From Flavobacteriaceae bacterium (GTDB lineage Bacteria; Bacteroidota; Bacteroidia; Flavobacteriales; Flavobacteriaceae), in assembly GCA_018657955.1 (NCBI GenBank), contig JABHWD010000020.1, positions 130,891 through 194,890 of the forward strand: DNA of 64,000 nt, in the 5' to 3' direction. Each line of letters starts with the position of its first letter. Position 1 is the stretch's first letter. The notes beneath the pieces were generated by a model that made no database searches, was not told where the DNA came from, and worked only from the letters and a program-made list of their open reading frames with translations. Positions 60,060 to 64,000 of the stretch are shown piece by piece. Made by a program: the position numbers and the translations under genes.

Positions 60060-61421
60060 ATGCAAAAATACAAAAAAGGGAGTAAAAAGTTATTAAATGC
60101 ATGGGTTTCGTATGATTGGGCAAATTCAGTATACCCATTAGTAATTTCAACTGCGATTTTTCCAATATATTATGGAACTTTAACTGATGATTATATAACT
60201 TTTTTAGGACACTCATTTAAGAATACAGCTTTAATTAGTTATATAACTGCTTTTGCTTTTGTTATATTAGTTTTTTTATCCCCCTTGCTTTCAGGAATAG
60301 CAGACTATACTGGAGGGAAAAAAAACTTTATGAAGTTTTTTTGCTATTCAGGATCTATAGCGTGTATAGGATTGTATTGGTTTAATCTTAATAATCTAAA
60401 TTTAAGTTTAACATATTACTTTATTGCGCTTATAGGGTTTTGGGCAAGTCTAGTTTTTTATAATTCCTATTTGCCTGAAATTGCCTATCCAGAACAACAA
60501 GACAAGGTAAGTGCAAAAGGTTATGCTATGGGCTATCTTGGCAGTGTTGTTTTGTTACTAATTAACCTTATAATGATCAATTTTCCGGATCTTTTCGGGA
60601 TTATTGATTCAAATGGAGTAGTGGCTGAAATAAAAGCTATGAAGATATCATTTATAATGGTTGGTGTTTGGTGGTTTTTATTTAGTCAATATACTTTTTA
60701 CTATTTACCCGGAAGAAAGTATTACAAACAAATAAGATTATCTGACGGTGCATATAAAAAGGATAGTAATGTTATTTTTTCAGGATTTCAGGAATTAAAA
60801 TCAGTTTGGGATGAATTAAAAGATAATCAAACTCTAAAAACATTTCTAACAGCTTTTTTTATTTACAGTATTGCTTTACAAACTGTTATTCTAGTTGCTA
60901 CGTATTTTGGAGAAGCAGAAATTAGTTGGGATGAAGGAGAAAAGACTGGAGGTCTTATTCTTAGTATATTACTTATTCAGCTAATTGCAGTAGTTGGTGC
61001 AATTTTAAGCGCCAAAATGTCTGATAAGATAGGAAATCTAAAAACTCTTATCATATTAAATATTATTTGGGCTCTTATATGTATTTTTGCATATTATGTT
61101 GAAACTTCAACGGAGTTTTATATTGCTGCAGGTTTTGTTGGGTTAGTAATGGGAGGAATTCAGGCATTATCTAGATCTACATTTTCCAAACTAATACCTG
61201 CCACAACTAAGACCACTTCATATTTTAGCTTTTATGATATTTCTCAAAAATTAAGTATTGTCGTAGGAATGACACTTTTTGCAACTATAGACCAAATTAC
61301 TGGAAGCATGAGAAATTCAATATTATTATTTTTCATATTCTTTGTTGCAGGAGCAATTATATTGATTAAGCTTAATAAAAAAACTACCTTAAATCCTTCT
61401 ATTGGCATAGATATTGAATAA
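60060..61421 (+). CDS. MFS transporter, UMF1/Atg22-like family
   Basis: 453 aa with about 12 TM segments. The N-terminal AWVSYDWANSVY motif is typical of the UMF1 family. Confidence 0.75.
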   Translation: MQKYKKGSKKLLNAWVSYDWANSVYPLVISTAIFPIYYGTLTDDYITFLGHSFKNTALISYITAFAFVILVFLSPLLSGIADYTGGKKNFMKFFCYSGSIACIGLYWFNLNNLNLSLTYYFIALIGFWASLVFYNSYLPEIAYPEQQDKVSAKGYAMGYLGSVVLLLINLIMINFPDLFGIIDSNGVVAEIKAMKISFIMVGVWWFLFSQYTFYYLPGRKYYKQIRLSDGAYKKDSNVIFSGFQELKSVWDELKDNQTLKTFLTAFFIYSIALQTVILVATYFGEAEISWDEGEKTGGLILSILLIQLIAVVGAILSAKMSDKIGNLKTLIILNIIWALICIFAYYVETSTEFYIAAGFVGLVMGGIQALSRSTFSKLIPATTKTTSYFSFYDISQKLSIVVGMTLFATIDQITGSMRNSILLFFIFFVAGAIILIKLNKKTTLNPSIGIDIE

Positions 61422-61496
61422 TATATACTGAAACAAAGACCTTATTAGTAAATTAACAGATAAAATTATAATACTAATAAGGAAAATAAAACAAAC

Positions 61497-63950
61497 ATGT
61501 CGAAAGAAATCCTATTTAATATTGACAATTTGTCAGCTCAAGATATTGATGAGAATTCAGAGTTAATTCCTTTGATGACAACCGAAGATGAAAAAGAGAT
61601 AATTAAGGAAAATTTACCTAAAACATTACCAATTCTTTCTTTAAGAAATACCGTTTTGTTCCCTGGTGTTGTTATACCAATTACTGCCAGCAGAGATAAA
61701 TCTATACAATTAATCAAGGACGCAAATAATTTCAATAAGTTACTCGGAGTTGTGGCTCAAAAAAATGAAAAAATTGAAGATCCTAAACCAAATCAAATAT
61801 ATAAAGTAGGAACTGTTGCGAAAATACTAAAAGTATTGCAGATGCCTGACGGAAATACTACTGTAATTATACAAGGGAAAAAGAGATTTGAAATAGATAG
61901 AATTATATCTAATAAACCATATATCACTGCAAACATTAAGGATGTTCCTGAAGTTAATCCAGGCGTTGATAATTCGGAATTTAAAGCTATTATTGAATCC
62001 ATTAAAGATCTTTCTTTAGAGATAATTAAAAGAAATCCAAATATTCCTTCTGAAGCCTCTTTTGCAATAAAGAATATTGAGAGTAATTCATTTTTGGTAA
62101 ATTTTGTTTCATCTAATATGAACTTGCCAGTTTCAGATAAACAAAAGCTTTTAGAAATGAGCGATCTAAAAAAAAGAGCCATGGATACTCTAAAGTTCAT
62201 GAATATGGAATTTAAAAAACTTGAAATAAGAAATGACATTCAATCAAAGGTTCAAAGTGATTTAAATAAGCAACAGCGCGAGTTTTTTCTTCATCAACAA
62301 ATGAAAACAATTCAAGAAGAATTAGGAGATGTTAGTCATGATAGTGAAATTAAAGACATGAAGAAAAGGGCTTCTAAGAAAAAATGGAATGAAGAAACTA
62401 AGTTACATTTTAATAAAGAGATAGGGAAATTACAAAGAATGAATCCTCAAGTTGCAGAATATTCTGTTCAGAGAAACTATCTTGATCTACTTTTAGATTT
62501 ACCTTGGGACAGCTATAGTAAAGATAAGTTTGACTTAGTAAAAGCAAAAAAAATACTTGATAGGGATCATTTTGGCCTTGAGGATGTTAAAAAAAGAATT
62601 ATAGAGTACTTGGCAGTACTAAAAATAAGAAATGACATGAAATCGCCTATTTTATGTCTTCATGGACCTCCTGGAGTTGGGAAAACATCATTAGGAAAAT
62701 CAATAGCTGAAGCAATTGGCAGGAAATATGTAAGAATTTCTTTAGGAGGATTAAGAGACGAAGCTGAAATTAGAGGTCATAGAAAAACGTATATAGGAGC
62801 AATGCCTGGAAGGATAATTCAAAATATTAAAAAAGCTGACACTTCTAATCCTGTTTTTGTTCTTGATGAAATAGATAAGATAAGAAATTCAAATATAGGA
62901 GATCCTTCTTCAGCTATGCTAGAAGTATTAGATCCTGAACAAAACAAAGAATTTTATGATAATTATTTAGAGTTAGGTTATGATTTATCAAAGGTTATGT
63001 TTATTGCTACTTCAAATAATTTATCTTCTATTCAGCCGGCATTATTAGATAGGATGGAAATAATAAATGTTAGCGGCTACACTACAGAAGAAAAAATTCA
63101 AATAGGTAAAAAGTTTTTATTACCAAAACAATTAAGCGAACATGGTTTAAAAAAGAAGGATCTTAAAATTCCACCTTCTGTTATTGAAAAAATAGCAGAA
63201 GGGTACACTAGGGAATCTGGAGTTAGAGGTTTAGAAAAACAAATAGCTAAACTAGTTAGGAACTGCGCTAAAAACATTGTAACAAACATCAAATATGATC
63301 AGAATTTGTCTATCAAAGAGATGAATAAGATTTTAGGTAACCCAAAATTAGAAAGAGATACATATGAAAATAATGATATTGCTGGTGTTGTAACTGGTTT
63401 AGCATGGACTAGCGTTGGAGGAGATATTTTGTTTATTGAATCAATACTATCAAAAGGTAAAGGAAAATTATCTATTACAGGAAATCTAGGAAAGGTAATG
63501 AGTGAATCTGCTAAAATTGCACTTGAGTATATAAAATCAAATGCTGATAAGTTTAATTTATCACCTGATATGTTTGAAAAATATAATGTCCACATTCATG
63601 TTCCTGAAGGAGCAACCCCTAAAGATGGTCCCAGCGCTGGAATAGCAATGTTAACTTCCCTCGTATCACTATATACTCAAAAAAAGATTAAATCAAAAAT
63701 AGCTATGACAGGTGAGATTACCTTAAGAGGAAAGGTATTACCTGTAGGAGGTATTAAGGAGAAAATATTAGCCGCAAAAAGAGCAAAAATAAAAGAGATT
63801 CTTCTATCAAAACAAAATGAAAGGGATATTAATGAAATTAAAAAAGAATATTTGAAGGGTTTAAAATTTCATTACGTAAGCGAAATGAGTGAAGTAATAG
63901 ATATTGCTGTAACAAACCAAAAAGTTAAAAATTACAAGACATTACAATAA
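61497..63950 (+). CDS. lon: ATP-dependent Lon protease
   Basis: 817 aa. It has a LON N-terminal domain, AAA+ Walker A GPPGVGKTS, DEIDK, and the protease catalytic-Ser region PKDGPSAGIAM. Confidence 0.97.
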   Translation: MSKEILFNIDNLSAQDIDENSELIPLMTTEDEKEIIKENLPKTLPILSLRNTVLFPGVVIPITASRDKSIQLIKDANNFNKLLGVVAQKNEKIEDPKPNQIYKVGTVAKILKVLQMPDGNTTVIIQGKKRFEIDRIISNKPYITANIKDVPEVNPGVDNSEFKAIIESIKDLSLEIIKRNPNIPSEASFAIKNIESNSFLVNFVSSNMNLPVSDKQKLLEMSDLKKRAMDTLKFMNMEFKKLEIRNDIQSKVQSDLNKQQREFFLHQQMKTIQEELGDVSHDSEIKDMKKRASKKKWNEETKLHFNKEIGKLQRMNPQVAEYSVQRNYLDLLLDLPWDSYSKDKFDLVKAKKILDRDHFGLEDVKKRIIEYLAVLKIRNDMKSPILCLHGPPGVGKTSLGKSIAEAIGRKYVRISLGGLRDEAEIRGHRKTYIGAMPGRIIQNIKKADTSNPVFVLDEIDKIRNSNIGDPSSAMLEVLDPEQNKEFYDNYLELGYDLSKVMFIATSNNLSSIQPALLDRMEIINVSGYTTEEKIQIGKKFLLPKQLSEHGLKKKDLKIPPSVIEKIAEGYTRESGVRGLEKQIAKLVRNCAKNIVTNIKYDQNLSIKEMNKILGNPKLERDTYENNDIAGVVTGLAWTSVGGDILFIESILSKGKGKLSITGNLGKVMSESAKIALEYIKSNADKFNLSPDMFEKYNVHIHVPEGATPKDGPSAGIAMLTSLVSLYTQKKIKSKIAMTGEITLRGKVLPVGGIKEKILAAKRAKIKEILLSKQNERDINEIKKEYLKGLKFHYVSEMSEVIDIAVTNQKVKNYKTLQ

Positions 63951-64000
63951 TCAATTATAATTAGAGTTTATTCATATAATAATAACCTAATTCTTTTATG

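Noticed and set aside
61793-62239. 148-aa ORF antisense to lon
   Set aside because: It lies entirely inside a high-confidence lon CDS on the opposite strand. Its sequence is low-complexity and Ser/Phe/Ile-rich, with no recognisable motif. It is a typical shadow ORF.
1-64000. Search by eye for tRNA, rRNA, tmRNA, SRP RNA, RNase P RNA and riboswitch-like conserved cores in all intergenic gaps
   Set aside because: I found no T-loop GTTCGAATC-type motifs or other conserved cores. The gaps are mostly under 120 nt and AT-rich. Only the zapA-rny spacer showed convincing structure, and it is reported separately.

Overview
This is a strongly AT-rich, very gene-dense chromosomal segment. It reads like a streamlined, probably marine member of the Flavobacteriia (Bacteroidota). 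I call about 60 protein genes, and nearly all are recognisable housekeeping or core-metabolism functions: holA, uvrA, ggt, glmM, mnmE, an ABC-F ATPase, typA, dnaN, phoH, purC, an alanine and acetate symporter cluster with acs, rlmD, rocD, a cysteine desulfurase, a TonB-dependent receptor, zapA, rny, xerD, lpdA, msrB and lon. Lineage hallmarks include TAnnTTTG -7 promoter boxes, several apparent TTG or GTG starts, and Flavobacteria-type lipoproteins. Convergent genes abut or overlap. I found no rRNA, tRNA, CRISPR array, transposase or phage genes, and I do not see a convincing multi-gene defence or otherwise novel system. The observations most worth a second look are: (1) a roughly 1.5 kb sialidase plus small-ORF mini-cassette bracketed by direct repeats copied from the 3' end of a CDGSH iron-sulfur gene, with three tandem decayed copies of that gene tail on one side; (2) a long rod-shaped, 6S-RNA-like structured element between zapA and rny; (3) a SOUL heme-binding gene interrupted by a single in-frame TAG; (4) a stand-alone TonB-plug-like lipoprotein next to a perfect 16-bp inverted repeat. 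All functional calls rest on motif recognition by eye in the supplied translations. No database search was run.
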